From contig NEEC01000004.1 in assembly GCA_002189035.1 (NCBI GenBank), positions 1,426,001 to 1,490,000 of the forward strand: 64,000 nucleotides of DNA, given 5' to 3'. This document shows, in pieces, positions 1 through 13,794 of the stretch. This stretch comes from Utricularia gibba (lineage: Eukaryota > Plantae > Magnoliophyta). The first letter of the stretch is position 1; each line of letters starts with the position of its first letter. The position numbers and the translations under genes are program-made. A model generated the notes under the pieces. The model had not been told where the DNA came from, made no database searches, and saw only the letters and a list, made by a program, of their open reading frames with translations.

Positions 1-551
1 AAATAGATAATTCATTTTATTTTCTTTTCAAAATCGATATACAATTTTAATAAATTTAAAAAATACTCAAATTAGTTGAACTCTTTTAAATATAATCAAT
101 CCCTATAAGACTTGAGCTTTTTATTTTAATATTTATTATCCAAAGATTCAAATAATCTTTTTAATTTCAACCTTTCAACCATGTTTTTTTACCATGTTTG
201 TGAATATTATTCATAAGAAAAGTGTTTGTGAATATTATTCATTTTAATCTTTTGTACGATATTATATGTTTAGAATACTTAATCCTCATAATTTTATACT
301 TATTTCTTTCCTAAAAAAGATCTAATATAAAATTAAAATAATTTATTTATTTAAATATGTATTCTTCCTTATATGTAATCAATATATAATATTATTACCA
401 AACTCCTAACCTTACATAACATACTCTCACAAATATATATGTTAGTGAGCCACATAACAAAACTATGGTTGTTTCCATTTCATGGAAATTGTTTCAAAAA
501 AGTATTTTTTAATGATTTTTTGGAGTAATAACTATTTGAAAAACTGCAGTG

Positions 552-660
552 TATTTTTTAAAATAGATTCTTTCTCTCAAAATATTTTTTAAAATAGATT
601 CTTTCTCTCAAAATATTTTTTAAAATAGATTATTTTTCTCAAAATATTTTTTAAAATATT
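552..660. repeat. 31-bp AT-rich tandem repeat, about 3.5 copies
   Basis: Unit TATTTTTTAAAATAGATTCTTTCTCTCAAAA starts at 552, 583 and 614 (third copy has small changes), with a partial copy at 645. Confidence 0.9.
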
Positions 661-689
661 TTTTATGTCAAAAAGTTAAAAATACTTGC

Positions 690-1551
690 ATTTGTTAGAC
701 AATTTAGGTGGGTTTCTATGTGTGTTTATTAACAAACCCACGTTTGGTATGTGAGTTTTAGATGGATAAAAATATATTCGATTGTTGTTTATACATTCAA
801 TAAGAACCGATAGAGTTGGGTTTACTTAAATCGAGGGAAGTCGGTTGATTTAAGTAAACAAGTGTTGCATTTTCCAATTTTATCCTCACACCACTATGAA
901 TTTCAACACAAATCCACCAGAAATCAGTTGCAAACATTGTGAATTGCCAACGGTGTCGCATTCGTGTACTGATTGGCCAGACAGGTGGGTCTTCTGGTAT
1001 GCTTGTTTTTTTTTTGCTATTGATGGGTTTTGTTTATTGTTGATGCATATTGTGACCCTTGTCTTTGATTTTTTGAGTGTTGTGACGTTTTTATTGAATT
1101 TTTTTGTGAATCTTGTGTGCATTATAAAGAATCAATAAGCAACATATGATGAATGACTCGATGTATGACAAAACACACGGGCAATGAAAGTAACAACAAG
1201 CACTACATATGTATATATATTCAGTACATACTTCTTAGGATTTTATGTTTACATGAACACTGCTACTCATGGTTTCTAGTGCTTCCTTGTGATGCTGTTC
1301 ATATTTCATCACTATGGTGCATGTTACCTTGTATGGGTGGTCAGTTTTGGAAAGGGGTATATGAATTATTTCATATATATTCGTCATATATCTAATTTTA
1401 TATTTATATGTCAAAAATCTTTTCATTTTAAATTTAAATAAATTAAATTCATTAATCAAATACAAATAATATTCTAAACTCATAAAATCTATTTATCTAA
1501 ACTAAAATAAACTAAACTCGGGTTTATATGTTGTCCCCAAATACACCCTTA
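690..1551. mobile_element. Possible degenerate Tourist/PIF-derived remnant
   Basis: Right end CCAAATACACCC|TTA (to 1551) resembles a Tourist-type TIR plus TTA. TAGGTGGGTTT (705-715) and AACCCACGTTTGGT (735-748) also occur in the subterminal regions of the PIF element (45830 and 39498). No clean left TIR. Confidence 0.3.
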
Positions 1552-1703
1552 TATGTTTAATATGAGAAAATCAATGGATATTTATTATTGAACAAAAAAC
1601 CCACTAGTCCTTGGAAGTTTAGAAAATGAAGGAGAAACCTCTAACGTGCAATGGATTTCTTTAACCTTCTCTCGCAATGGATTTCTAACCCGTCAGCCGA
1701 ATG

Positions 1704-1717
1704 TTTTTCTAGTAGTG
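1704..1717 (-). mobile_element. CACTA-type terminal inverted repeat remnant
   Basis: TTTTTCTAGTAGTG is the reverse complement of CACTACTAGAAAAA, a typical CACTA terminus. It is preceded by a short repeat GCAATGGATTTCT x2. The partner end was not found. Confidence 0.35.
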
Positions 1718-1740
1718 AGAATTCGAAAAGTTAGAATGTT

Positions 1741-2100
1741 TAACTCCAAAAGTGACTTGTGAGAGAGGTTTAGTATTTACTAATTCATTATATAATTTTT
1801 TGGATATAAGCTAGAATGTTAAAATTCGAATATTTAATAATTCATTATATAATTTTTGATAATTTCAAAATGTGGTTAAACTCCAAAAGTGACTTGTGAG
1901 AGAGGTTTAGATCATTTGTGTATAAATTATTTGGATTTTAGTGAGTATTGATCATTTTATTTTATTGATTTCTCTCATATTTGGAGGTTTAGATCATTTG
2001 ATAAAATTGATAAGTTTATTGGGTTACTAGATTAGGGTTTTGCAATATAATCAGTTTGATTGGATATTTAAGTTATGTGAGTATTGATCATTTTATATTT
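1741..2100. repeat. Degenerate ~137-bp direct repeats
   Basis: ACTCCAAAAGTGACTTGTGAGAGAGGTTTAG at 1743 and 1880; GTGAGTATTGATCATTTTAT twice (about 1941 and 2077). Confidence 0.7.
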
Positions 2101-2857
2101 AAATTACAGATATATTTTTATTAATGTGAAGAATATTTTTTCACTATGAATCATTTTTTTAAAAGCAATATTTATCAAGAATTCATCCAAATGTTATAAA
2201 AAAAAATCAAGAGATTAAAAATAAAATTTCCCTTAGGAATTTTATTTTATAAGAGAAAATAGGATATAGATGTTAAAGAGTAAGGACAAAATGTCTAAAT
2301 CAATCTGCTTTAGAAGATATTTTATAAGAGAAAATAGTATTTATAATATGTGTATAATACAAATGATATATAAAATATAGTTTTAAATTACAAATTTATA
2401 AATATAATTATTAATAAAATATATAATTTATTTATTAAAATCAATTTTATTTTTGATATTCCAAATATACATTCATTTTATAATAATCATTCTAAAAAAT
2501 ACTTTGAAATATATATAAATTTTCAATTTTATTAAAATCAATTCTGAATTGATTCTTAGCAACTAATGTTATGAAACCTAATCATTGAGGAGGTTGGTTG
2601 ACTTTTTAAACTGCTCGCACGTTTGGTGTGATAGATTAGAGATGTCAATTCCCGGAGAGCGCGTGTCAATTATCATCTGTCGAGCTCAAACCTAACGATC
2701 ATTATTTCTTCGGCTGGCTTTTCTTCTTTTTTTTGTTATTTAATTTTTTTATTTTCTTTTAAGAGGTAGATCCAATGGGCTTTTTTAATGGAGGTCGTTT
2801 CCAGCTGTTGCCGCCAACTGAGTACTCGGAGATTTGCTGGACGTCCACGCGAAGCAA

Positions 2858-5800
2858 ATGAGTGATCTCCCCGCCGACGACGTCTTTCCTTCAGATCCGC
2901 CGCAGCATCTGCTTGAGAGGCTCAAAGATTACGGTCAAGAACACGTCTTTGCTCGTTGGAATGAGCTATCTTCCAACGAACGCCAGCTCCTCGTCGATGA
3001 TATTAAAGTATTTTATTCCTTTGCCCTCCCGGATATCCTCTTTGCTTATTGGGTCGATTTTAGAAGGTCTTGGTTTTTTGTCCAAGTGCATTGTTTTTAA
3101 TCTGCTAACCGTTCCCCTCTAGTCTTAGATTTTAATTAATGATCTGGGGTCATTGATGTCGACTAGATCGTGTGCACCTTTTACCCATAAATGAGTTTAA
3201 TGTTGCAGATTCTTACATTTGACTGCTTAATTGGAAATATGCACATATTTGAATCGTGAGTCCTAGGTTAACAAATACCCTTTTGCAGAGCATAGATCTT
3301 CCGAGGATTGATCGTATTATTCGATGCTCATTTCGTTCTCAAGGTTTATTTTTTTTTATGTTTATGTGCATCTTGTTTGATTAAATGAGTCTTGTAAAAC
3401 TAGTAAGATCTGTGTAGGCCTTTCTGCTGCCACGGTAGAGCCTGTTTTGGAGAGCAATGTATCGACGGTTAATAAGAGGACTGCTGAAGAGAGGGATAGA
3501 TGGTGGGAGATAGGATTGAAGGCCATCTGTGAAGGAAAGTTGGGTGTGCTGCTCCTCTCCGGAGGCCAGGTGGTTGATTAATTTTTTAGGTGATGTGTCT
3601 TTTGCTTATTCTTTTTTTGGCGGTCTCGAATGTTCTTAAAGTTCGTGGGTGAAGCATCACTTGCATGATACTATAGTGTTGAAATTAGAACTCTTGTGTT
3701 GATATTGTGATGATAGTAACACCAGTTCCACCTTATCATATCCGGCTATAGACATGGGAATTACCTTGGCCTTCATTGTTATGATACAATAAAGGTGTTG
3801 ATTGAAGGTTGATCGATCTTTATGATATAGGGCACTCGCTTAGGAAGTTCAGATCCAAAGGGTTGTTTCAGTAAGTGTTTATCTTCTCTTTACTGAATAA
3901 TATGTGTAATGTAGGTGAAACTCTTCAATTTACTTACCCCAGCAATTTGTATTTGCATTTTTTCATCGATAAGTTGATTTCTATTGATACATTTTCCTCA
4001 AAACAGAGTAGAAGTAGTGGTAGATGCCGCATTGACATCCTTAATAGTTGGAGGCGTTTATTATTTTTTACAAGGATTTATATATTTTAGTTTATCTATT
4101 TTTTTACATGACCGTTTTCTGTAATCTTGTTCTACTAGTTAGCACTTTTTTGACAATCCGATTTCATGTCTCTTTACTGAAAGAATTTGTCCTCCTTGAT
4201 GTTTTTCATTAGATTCTCAATCTTATTTTCAGATATTGGGCTTCCATCTGGTAAATCACTTTTTCAGCTTCAAGCTGAACGAATCTTGTGTCTTCAAAGA
4301 TTGGCTGCTCAATCTCCAAGTCGAGGTAAGTATTGCATTTTTTACATGAATTCCGAACCTTTTTCATTCAAGTGTGCAAATATAAAAATTTGATTGGCTA
4401 TTTGTAGGGCCTTCAAGTGCTAAACCTATACAATGGTACATAATGACTAGCCCATTCACTGATGAATCTATACGAAAATTCTTTGAATGCCGTAAATATT
4501 TTGGCCTTGAACCAGATCAAGTAAGTGTTGTTCGCCTTGCTTAAATGATTTGATATTTGATTCTAAAATATTGCTAATTAAGATACCCTAAATCAAACAC
4601 AGGTCACCTTCTTCCAGCAGAGCACTATTACATGCGTGTCTCGGGATGGCAGATTTATCATGGAGGCTCCTTACAAAGTAGGGTATACGTTTTGTTACTT
4701 GTGTATGAATAACCTAGGTTGATACAAGTGTATTTTAGTTGGTAGTACCTGAAATGGTTTTTTGCTTTTTGTTTTTGGAAAGATTGAAAAAATTAAGTAC
4801 ATTCTTCTATCTATTCTGCTTTTTCCTCTCAGTAGCATATCGCAAATATTTGGTTTGTCTTAAATCCAGGTAGCCAAGTCTCCTGATGGGAATGGTGGAG
4901 TCTATTCAGGTGAACTGCAGCAATCTATTTGTTCTATCTTCGCTTATATTTCTTATAATACCTTTTTTTTTTCCAATTCTTTTGCAGCTTTACAATCTTC
5001 AGGCTTGCTGGAAAGTATGTCAATGAAAGGCATAAAATACTTGGATTGCTATGGGGTTGACAATGCTTTGGTCTGCATGTCTTTTTTCACCTTCGTACTC
5101 TATTTGTGATATTTTTCAACATTCATGAGTAATGATATTTTATTAAAAATAGGTGCGCGTTGCTGACCCAACTTTTCTTGGCTATTTTATTGAAAAAGGA
5201 ACAGCTGTTGCTGCAAAAGTTGTCAAGAAGGTACGTAGATTCTGCATTTGTAGATAAATATTCTTCCAAGACCTTTACATTTACATTTACACTGCTTCTG
5301 TATCCATGAACCTTTTTTTTTTTTTCTTCTGTTTAGTTATACCCCCAAGAAAAGGTTGGTGTATTTGTTCAACGAGGAAGGGGTGGCCCTCTGTCAGTAG
5401 TTGAGTATAGCGAGTTGGACCCATCTCTCGCCAGTGATGTTGATCAGGAAACTGGGCGGCTTCGTTTTTGTTGGAGTAATGTATTCCTCTTCATCTCTTC
5501 CATAATTTTCAATCAATTACTAGTATTTCCACTTTCATACATTATATTTAAAAGCATCCAGCGAAGGAAAGAACTTAAGAAATGCATTCATATTAGATTT
5601 GTACATTACTTTCTGCCTTTAGTCTTTGCAACCGTGTTATGTTCACTGTTCATAGTTAACATTTTTTTTCATGTCTCAGTTCACGTGCATTGTTGATGTT
5701 GCATTAATACAATGATTGATGATTTTATTGATTGCCCTTTACCATTTCAGGTTTGCCTTCATATGTTCACGCTTGATTTTGTGATCCAAGTAGCAAATGG

Positions 5801-6471
5801 TCTTGAGAAGGATAGCATGTAATATTTCTCTTTTAGTTTTGCATCCTTTCTCCTTCCACTTTAGTTCCACTAAGCAGACTCTTTGTCGCATCCTATTAAG
5901 CATGATAGTTCAGATTGTCCCTTTCCTTAAGATTTCGGCTCACTCTCCCGTGTACAGATACCATGTTGCAGAAAAAAACATACCTTCAATTCATGGGCAC
6001 ACCATGGGTTACAAGCTTGAGCAGTTCATATTTGATGCATTTCCATATGCTTCGTCAATGTCTCTCTTTGAGGTACAGACAAATAAATCACAACATTCAT
6101 CATATCATCTTGTTGCTGCTTCAGCCCTGCTATCCCATTGTTTCATAGGTGCTACGCGAAGAAGAGTTTGCACCAGTCAAGAATGCCAATGGTTCCAAAT
6201 TTGACACTCCTGACAGTGCCCGGCTGCTTGTTCTTCGGCTCCATACAAGATGGGTGGTTGCTGCAGGGGGTTTGTCAGTCACTCAGTGCCTCTCTATTCA
6301 ACCGGTAGACTCACATTAAGGTTATAAATCAATTTCTTGGTCCCAGAATTGCTTGAACTTCGTGTTGTCTCAGGTGTGGAAGTTTCACCCTTGTGTTCCT
6401 ACGCCGGAGAAAACCTGGAAGCCATTTGTCGTGGGAGAAACTTTCATGCTCCCTGTGAGATTTCATTTTAG
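2858..6471 (+). CDS. UAP1: UDP-N-acetylglucosamine pyrophosphorylase (multi-exon; one apparent 1-bp deletion near 6266-6270)
   Basis: GT-AG spliced exons give [76 protein letters not shown] and a C-terminus [21 protein letters not shown]...CEISF*. The G5 run at 6266-6270 is one base short of reading [13 protein letters not shown]. Confidence 0.95.
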
Positions 6472-8776
6472 CCACTGTCGGTTGGCTGTTTACCTCCCCT
6501 TGAAGGCGTGTGGTGTGTTCCCGTTTGCTCTGAAAAGTCTGTCATGAACTTGAAAAGATTTACAGTTCATTATATTTTTCAACGCAGAGGATTTGGCCAA
6601 CGCTTCCCAAATAGTGGCCACAAAACCACAATCAAATTATATGCTTTGGTTTTTGTTAACCTCAAGTGAACAATCTTTAGCTAGTTCAGTTGATTGTACT
6701 CTTTAAACATTCGTGTATTGATAATAATACATATTTGGTAAATTAATTTAATAGTAAATAAATATTTTTACGAAAGTATAGTAAAATATTTCAAGTTGTA
6801 TATTTTAAAATTTAACTTTTAGGTGGGTTTTGGTAAATAACATTATTTATAAAGTATTTGTTTTAAGTATATTTATCAAATATAATATTATTTCAAACAT
6901 ATATATTTAAAATCTATATATCAAACAAACTTTAATTTTAAATATATAATACATATTTATTTAAATACAAATAATTCAAATGCATTATTAATTATAATAT
7001 ATGACTGAATTAATTCTACATACTAAGGCCTTGTATTTGTATCTATTAATTGTTTTAATTAACATTTTAATCAAATATCGAAAACATATAACATTTAAAA
7101 TGGGTTTTAAAATATCCATATAAAGAAAACTAATCTCTGGTCAAGTTGATGAACATACATAGTAGAATGGGGGATTTTTTTTCTAGGGCAAAAGGGGTTT
7201 CTTTGAAAAAAATCAAAGTAAAGGGGCGGATTGGGCACTGAATCAGGATGATGATATTATGATTGACGAAAAAGGGAAGAAGATGATGCAAAGATAATAT
7301 GGATGGCCGGCCCACCACTCGGTTCCTCGTCGCTCTTCCACCTACGAAAAGGCGAAAGTGGCTTAAGATGGGCATGGATGTCGGTGGGGATTAAGGATCA
7401 CGCGTAACAGAATCGTTTGTCGGCACATTTTTTATTGTATTTGTAAGTTTCTCTTCCTCAATTTCTGCAATTGGGTTTCAATTTTAGTTCAGTGTGGTGC
7501 TGGGGAAGGCGTCGAAACGCAACTGAGGGGATCCATGTGACTCCTAAGTTGAGGTAGGAGTAAAAGAGACAATCGCTGAAATTCGTGCGTGAAGGGTTCG
7601 AGGGCACCTACCTTATTGTGGCTGGGTATGATGGATTCAGGATTTTTATGGGTTGCCTGATACTTTCATGCAGCCTTTATTTTTTGTTCACAAGATTCCA
7701 CGGAATCATCGTTATCCTTTGTGCTACTTTCCAAAATTGATTCTTATTGAGTAAATGCCTGTTGAGACGTGTGTTGATAACTGGCCACTCGTATGAAGCG
7801 TGATGAAAGAAAAGACTTGGTGGGACAGGAGGAAGAGGACAAAGAATGGGAAATTCACTGCGGAATTCTACTGCAGATAATTTACCGAGTACAACAGCCT
7901 TCGTTGGAGAAATCTGAAAAGCTCATTATCCTTTATATGTCATTCCAAAAACAGCTATCGTCTTCAAAGATGATTTCTTTCTCGCATTCACTCTCTCTCC
8001 CTCTCACGCTCACGGTACACTTCCATATCTGATTAAGCCCAGGCCCCCTACCCCCTTTGTAATGGATTCCGCGTCAATGGCGTGGGCGCTTGATGATCAT
8101 GTAAATTTGCAGGAATTGAAGCTGGTGATGTGGGCATGGTAATCTATCTGTGTACGCTTGTTTTTGTCACTTTTCTTTGCAAACGCATTGCTGTTATGGA
8201 GTATGCATTCAAAATTTGTTTGCTATTCTTGAAAACGCTAATTTTTGCTTGTGTTATATCATTTTAGGCTTTGGCCTTCTATCAGCAACACTGATATTTT
8301 TCCTTGGAGTATAATCCTTGATACTTCAAGTGCATCTTTTTTATTCAATGGTTTCAGTTTATGTTTTTTTCTGGGGCGTAATAGCTGAAAAACCGCTTTA
8401 ATCTGCGGAACTTGTCACTCACGTATGAGCTATAGTTCTGTATTACTCCGATTCTTATTTTTTTTTCCTCTGAAATGCTCTGGATGATTTAGTTCATCTG
8501 ACTGCAGATGTTCTTGTCGTTGTCTCTTTTATCACTAAGAGTAACTGTGTTTCAGGAATTTCAGTGTGCTTGCATTGATTTAACGACTGGGGCTCTTCCA
8601 TGAAACTGCTGTGAGTATCTTTGTTTTTTTTTTTTTTTCTAATTTACCTTTTAAAAGCACCAAATCTAGTTGACAAGTTGTTGAATATCCTTGACTCAGT
8701 GCAGTATTGCGAATTATTTGATGCAGACACGATAACTGTATTTTACTTGAGGGGGAAGCAACGCTTGGATAAAGCT

Positions 8777-10950
8777 ATGGCTTTATGGGATTTAAGTGCC
8801 TCTAATTCTGGTCCCTCTCAATCCGAGGAATCAGCTTTGGATTTGGAAAGGAACGGATGCAATGATCTGAATCAGCCTGAGTCAATTTCACACCCTTCAC
8901 AATCACTTGCATCCGGAGGTCACCTTTCTGAGACAAATAAGGCCTACTTTTCATGGCCTGCCTGTCGAATAACTGATGATGCTGAAGATAGAGAAAATTA
9001 CTTTATGAACCTTCAGAAAGAGCTTCTACCTGAAGCATATGGACGGCGACCCACTGGAGCCCAGGCTTCTACATTGCTGGAACTGATGATAATCAGGGCG
9101 TTTCATAGCAGATTCCTCAGGCGGTATAGTTATGGCACTGCAATTGGTTTCAGAATCAAGAAGGGTGGGCTGACTAATACACCTGCTATTCTAGTATTTG
9201 TTGCTAGAAAAGTTCATCAGCGTTGGCTCAATCCATCACAGTGGCTACCTGCCTTTCTTGAGGTCTTATGGCTGTTGTGCTTCAGCCTACCCTTTATTTA
9301 ATTATACTTTTACCTTGAGTCTGCTGTTATTGGAACCAGATAGTCTCATGGTGTCTGGAAAATGTCTATACTTTGTGAGAATTGGTTGCATAGACTTCAG
9401 GCATTGTGTTTACTTAGAGTTGACCTGCAGGGACCTGGTGGGATATGGTGCGACGTTGATGTTGTGGAATTTGCTTACTTTGGAGCGCCTTCATCCACCT
9501 CAAAGATACGACGATACACGGAACTTGTAGATGGCCTTGGTGGAAGTGCTTCGTGCATTGGATCCGGTTCCCAGGTAGAACCTTTGTTTCTGAACCTGGC
9601 CTCTGTCTACATTGAAATTAATGAAAACAACAATTTACAGGTTGCAGGCCAAGAAACATCAGGAACCTTGGGAGCCATTGTCAAGAGCAGAACAGGAAAT
9701 AGGCAGGTTGGTTTTCTCACTAACCGCCATGTTGCTGTGGACCTCAACTGCCCGAATCAAAAGATGTTCCACCCCTGGCCCCCTAATCTTGGACCAGGTG
9801 TATATTTGGGTGCTGTTGAAAGGGCTACATCATTCATAACAGATGATAATTGGTATGGTGTCTATGCTGGCGACAACCCTGGTAATGCTATTTTTAAAGG
9901 ATCATTTATCATTTGATATGCCCCTGGAAAGACCCCTCCCTGATTCTGTGTCAATGCAGAGACCTTCGTTCGAGCAGATGGCGCTTTTATTCCTTTCGCT
10001 GAAGATTTTGACCTGTCCAATGTCACCACTCGTGTGAATGGCATAGGGGAAATTGGAAACGTCCATGTTATAGACCTGCAATCCCCCATTGGAAGCCTTG
10101 TTGGGCGGCAAGTTGTGAAAGTTGGGAGGAGCTCTGGTTTGACTATTGGGACAATAATGGCGTATTCCCTGGAATACAATGATGAGAAAGGAATTTGTTT
10201 GTTCACTGATTTACTTGTTGTTGGTGAAAATGAGCAGACATTTGACTTAGAAGGTGACAGTGGGAGTCTCATCCTCCTCACGTCTCAGAATGGTGAGAAA
10301 CCTAGGCCTGTTGGTATTATTTGGGGTGGTACTGCTAATCGAGGCAGATTGATACTGAAACGTGGCAAAGCACCAGAAAACTGGACTAGTGGAGTTGATC
10401 TAGGCCGTCTTCTTGATCTATTGGAGCTTGATCTTGTTACCTCCGATGATGAGCTTCAAGGTTCTGGCTTCCTTCCTTTTGCTCCTGGTATCTCATTTGT
10501 CTCCTAATATAATGGACTGATTTTGTTATATGTTGCTTAGATGCAACGCAACAGCAGAGAAATGGAACACCACGAGCTGACTATGCTGTTGCAGAGTATT
10601 CCCCGCAGGCTCCGGGCACCAAGGAAAACATGAATGGAGAAAATCCTGTTTCAGTTGCACCTGGCACTCAGCCTGTTTCTAGACATGATGATGCCCATCA
10701 GGGCCAAACACATTTAGTGAAAGATGAATTCCAAGTGCAGAGTGGCTTGGAGGGGGTTACCAGCATAGAATACCAGTTCATTCCATTCCCTTCATGCAAT
10801 TCCCCTGCAAATCAAAGCCAGCAAGCAGTCCTGCAGCTCCCCGAAAACCTCTCAGCATTGAGAGATGAGACAGACAACAAGCTTGAGATTTTGTTGCAGT
10901 TGGGAGATCCACAGACGAAGAGGAGAAAACATTCTGACTCAGAGTCATGA
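8777..10950 (+). CDS. NAL1: NARROW LEAF 1-like trypsin-family serine protease (5 coding exons)
   Basis: SEESALDLERN, TLLELMIIRAFHS, GPGGIWCDVDVVEF; triad-like motifs TNRH, VRADG and EGDSGS all present; GT-AG introns keep frame. The start codon is inferred. Confidence 0.9.
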
Positions 10951-12770
10951 TGGATTCTCAAAATAACCCATAACGGCTTCGTTGTACATAGCGAGACACC
11001 GTTGGAAATCCGCATGCCTTCACATATTTACTGTGATGATTATGAAGTTTACATGTAATGGATGTGTGTAAAGATGTTTCTTGAGTTTCAAGAAACATAT
11101 GAGTGCCTTGTAAAGCTGTTCCTGCCATGCCATGCCATTATTCTGTAATGCAAGAAACTGCTGACTTTAACAGTTTTTCTGAGACTCAAGATTGATTGAC
11201 CAAGCCAGCTAATTATACTGGCTAATATGATGGGAAGCAACATATCCTGATTTAGCTTTTTTTTTTCAGTAACATTTTCCAGCTGTGTGGAGGCCCGAGG
11301 CTGATGAGGGACGTGAAGCCATTACCAAACTGCTCTTGTTCAGCGTTAAACTGGAATCCAGAATACAAGGTAATCAAGCCATCATCTGATTTTTCATGTG
11401 CCCTTTGCTGCCAAAGACCAAATTTGTGAACTTGATTCACAAGAGGAAATCTTAGTTGTCATCTTACCATATTGAAGGAAGAGTTGTAGTGATCTTGTCA
11501 TTTATGACAACATTAATCTTATCCATGCTACTTTTTTCATAATTACTTCCAGGCAAGGATGTCAAAATCCTTATAGGTAAACAGGGGCTTTGAATGATTC
11601 CATGAGAACATGTGCTACTGGAGTATTTTTTGCTTATCTGTTCCTGCGAGTTAATGCAGACAAGAACATTAGCGTCACTGTTTCAGTAAATGGTGGTTGG
11701 TTGGAAGTAAAATTGCAGTGAAAGAGACTTACTCCAGTACTGAATAATCAAATTACTGTCTTGGGTGCTCTCTCTGTCGAGGTAAAGACAATTGTCTTGT
11801 CTCCCCATCTAACTCTTCATTATCAACTTTCCCTTAAATGATGCTAATTCATGCATTCATCTTTTCACTGTATTCGTTCACAATAATGTCAGGCTACCAA
11901 TGGGGAAAATGAACTAAGGGAACACCAAACATGAGACAGCTTCATTGAATATTTGCAACAACCGCCCGTAATCACATGACAATTCGAGCCTTCTTATGGC
12001 AAAACCATGTGCGTCCCTGTTCAATAATCACGGGGTGTGGTAGTCTGTGTGGGTGTGTGTCTCTCTCTCTGTTGCTTGCTTTTGAAAAAGGGTATGAGTG
12101 GTCCTTTCCATTCCGTTAGGACAAAGGCTTTACCCTCGTCTTTTTTCATTCGGGCAGCTGTATTCCAAAGCAAAAGACAAACCCTTTGTTTTTCTTTCCC
12201 TTTTGCTCATCACAGCCCATCTAACAAATTCGTCTTCTTAGGGACGACGGAACTGGTGAACACAGTTGACTTCTTGATGAGAATTCTAACATACCCATGT
12301 GCTGTTTTGGCTGTACAGAGCTCCAAGTTCACTCGGGAGGTTGGTGATTTAATTAATTCAATGTGATGAGCACATTTCCAGTGCTATCAAAGATGAGAGT
12401 TGTAAGGTGCAGTTGAAGTGGGGTTACGGAGTGTGAGAGTGGTCCTGGATCCTGCACATCATGTCTGGTTTTAAACTCAGGATTTAAAAACAATAAAAAA
12501 AGGAAAAATGAAAAATGAAAGAGTTTTTCATATTCTCGTTGTTGATAATAAATACCTGGTACTAGTAGCTGCGTATGCGCAGGAGGTGTTTTTGGGGCAG
12601 GCAATGAGTCACTGTCTGTAAGAAATGAATCTTCTGCCCAGAAAACTTATGTCTCTTTCTTCCTCTGTGTTGGTGAAGGGCTCTTTCCTGCTGGGAATAT
12701 GCATGGCTTCTCTGTTTCATTTCTTCTGCGAAAGAAAAACACAATCTTTCGTTGTTACCTTGTTGCTTGT

Positions 12771-12930
12771 GTAGAGATTGAAGCTGCCAGCATGATCTGG
12801 TCTGATCAACGCTATCTCCTTCCTTCCATGATCTCATGTACGCATGGACATGAAGGATCTCGATTTCAATATTGAGTCGAATCCTGCGTCCATCCATCAT
12901 CAGGTCATCTAGCAGCTTCAATCACTCACC
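12771..12930 (+). ncRNA. MIR167: MIR167 precursor hairpin
   Basis: TGAAGCTGCCAGCATGATCTGG at 12779-12800 is the miR167 mature sequence. AGGTCATCTAGCAGCTTCAAT (12902-12922) pairs with it as miR167*, with one mismatch, one G:U and one bulge. The lower stem continues (GATTG/CAATC). Confidence 0.95.
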
Positions 12931-13794
12931 AACGACACCAGGCGTCTATCCATTTTGTTGGGGTTGCAGCATCATTGCCATCCATGAAACCTGGTGAGTT
13001 TCTCATCTACATCAGTGGTTTTTACAGGCTTCACTTTGCTGCTGTAATGACTTTCCATAGAGCAGATCTGATCCTTGTGCTCACAGATTATCACTAGCTA
13101 GCAGCCCCTGTTGCATCAATTATCAAAACCACTTCAACACATTTTGCCTATAGTTCTATGCGAAGGTAATCATTTATTCCTCATTTTTGTATAAATCCAT
13201 GGTGAAGCCTCACTGAGTTGAGCACTCATGGTCCTCGAAGCTCTCCTGCAAAACTACAGAAACGCCTACACGAGACCAGTCACATTGTTTAAGGCCCCAT
13301 TCACTAGAACCTAACCTCAAGGGTAGCAGGACCCCAGCACAAGTTGCTTCATCTACACAATTGTTTTTAGGTATTCTTCTACATATTTGATAGCTTCTGC
13401 ATGTTGGGTTAAGGGTGTTGTGGCCCACCACCTTCATCACTGCGGGTTGAGTTGAGCCAGACCTTGAATTCACACAAACAAATATTTTTAATGTTGATTT
13501 CCAAACGTTTAAAATACTTTAAAACAGTAATATTCATGTGTCAATTTCGTTCAACAAAATAGTAGTAGTAAACATCTGGCAATATCAAGGATTGCAATGT
13601 TCGATAAAGGCACTACGACACACGAATCCTCAAAAGAAACCAAAGCCATGTTCATGTTCGGGAGAAAAGACACTTCTTTTCCCAAGGTTACCCAACTTTT
13701 TGGAGGATGCTCCTGTACTGCTTGCTGTACATGAGGTGCATTGTGAAGTGCATGATGTACGTCCTTAGGAGATCGAATCGACCTGGATGCAGAA

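Noticed and set aside
886-1483. Several 78-82 aa ORFs
   Set aside because: Low-complexity, AT-biased translations with no motif, inside a probable repeat remnant.
7800-7918. C/D-box snoRNA candidate (GTGATGA ... CTGA)
   Set aside because: Weak terminal stem and no recognisable rRNA/snRNA guide; such boxes arise by chance.
12084-12147. Imperfect hairpin (AGGGTA/TACCCT, GTCCT/AGGAC) as an H/ACA snoRNA or second miRNA
   Set aside because: No correctly placed H box plus second hairpin and ACA; stems are short with large loops; no known miRNA sequence.
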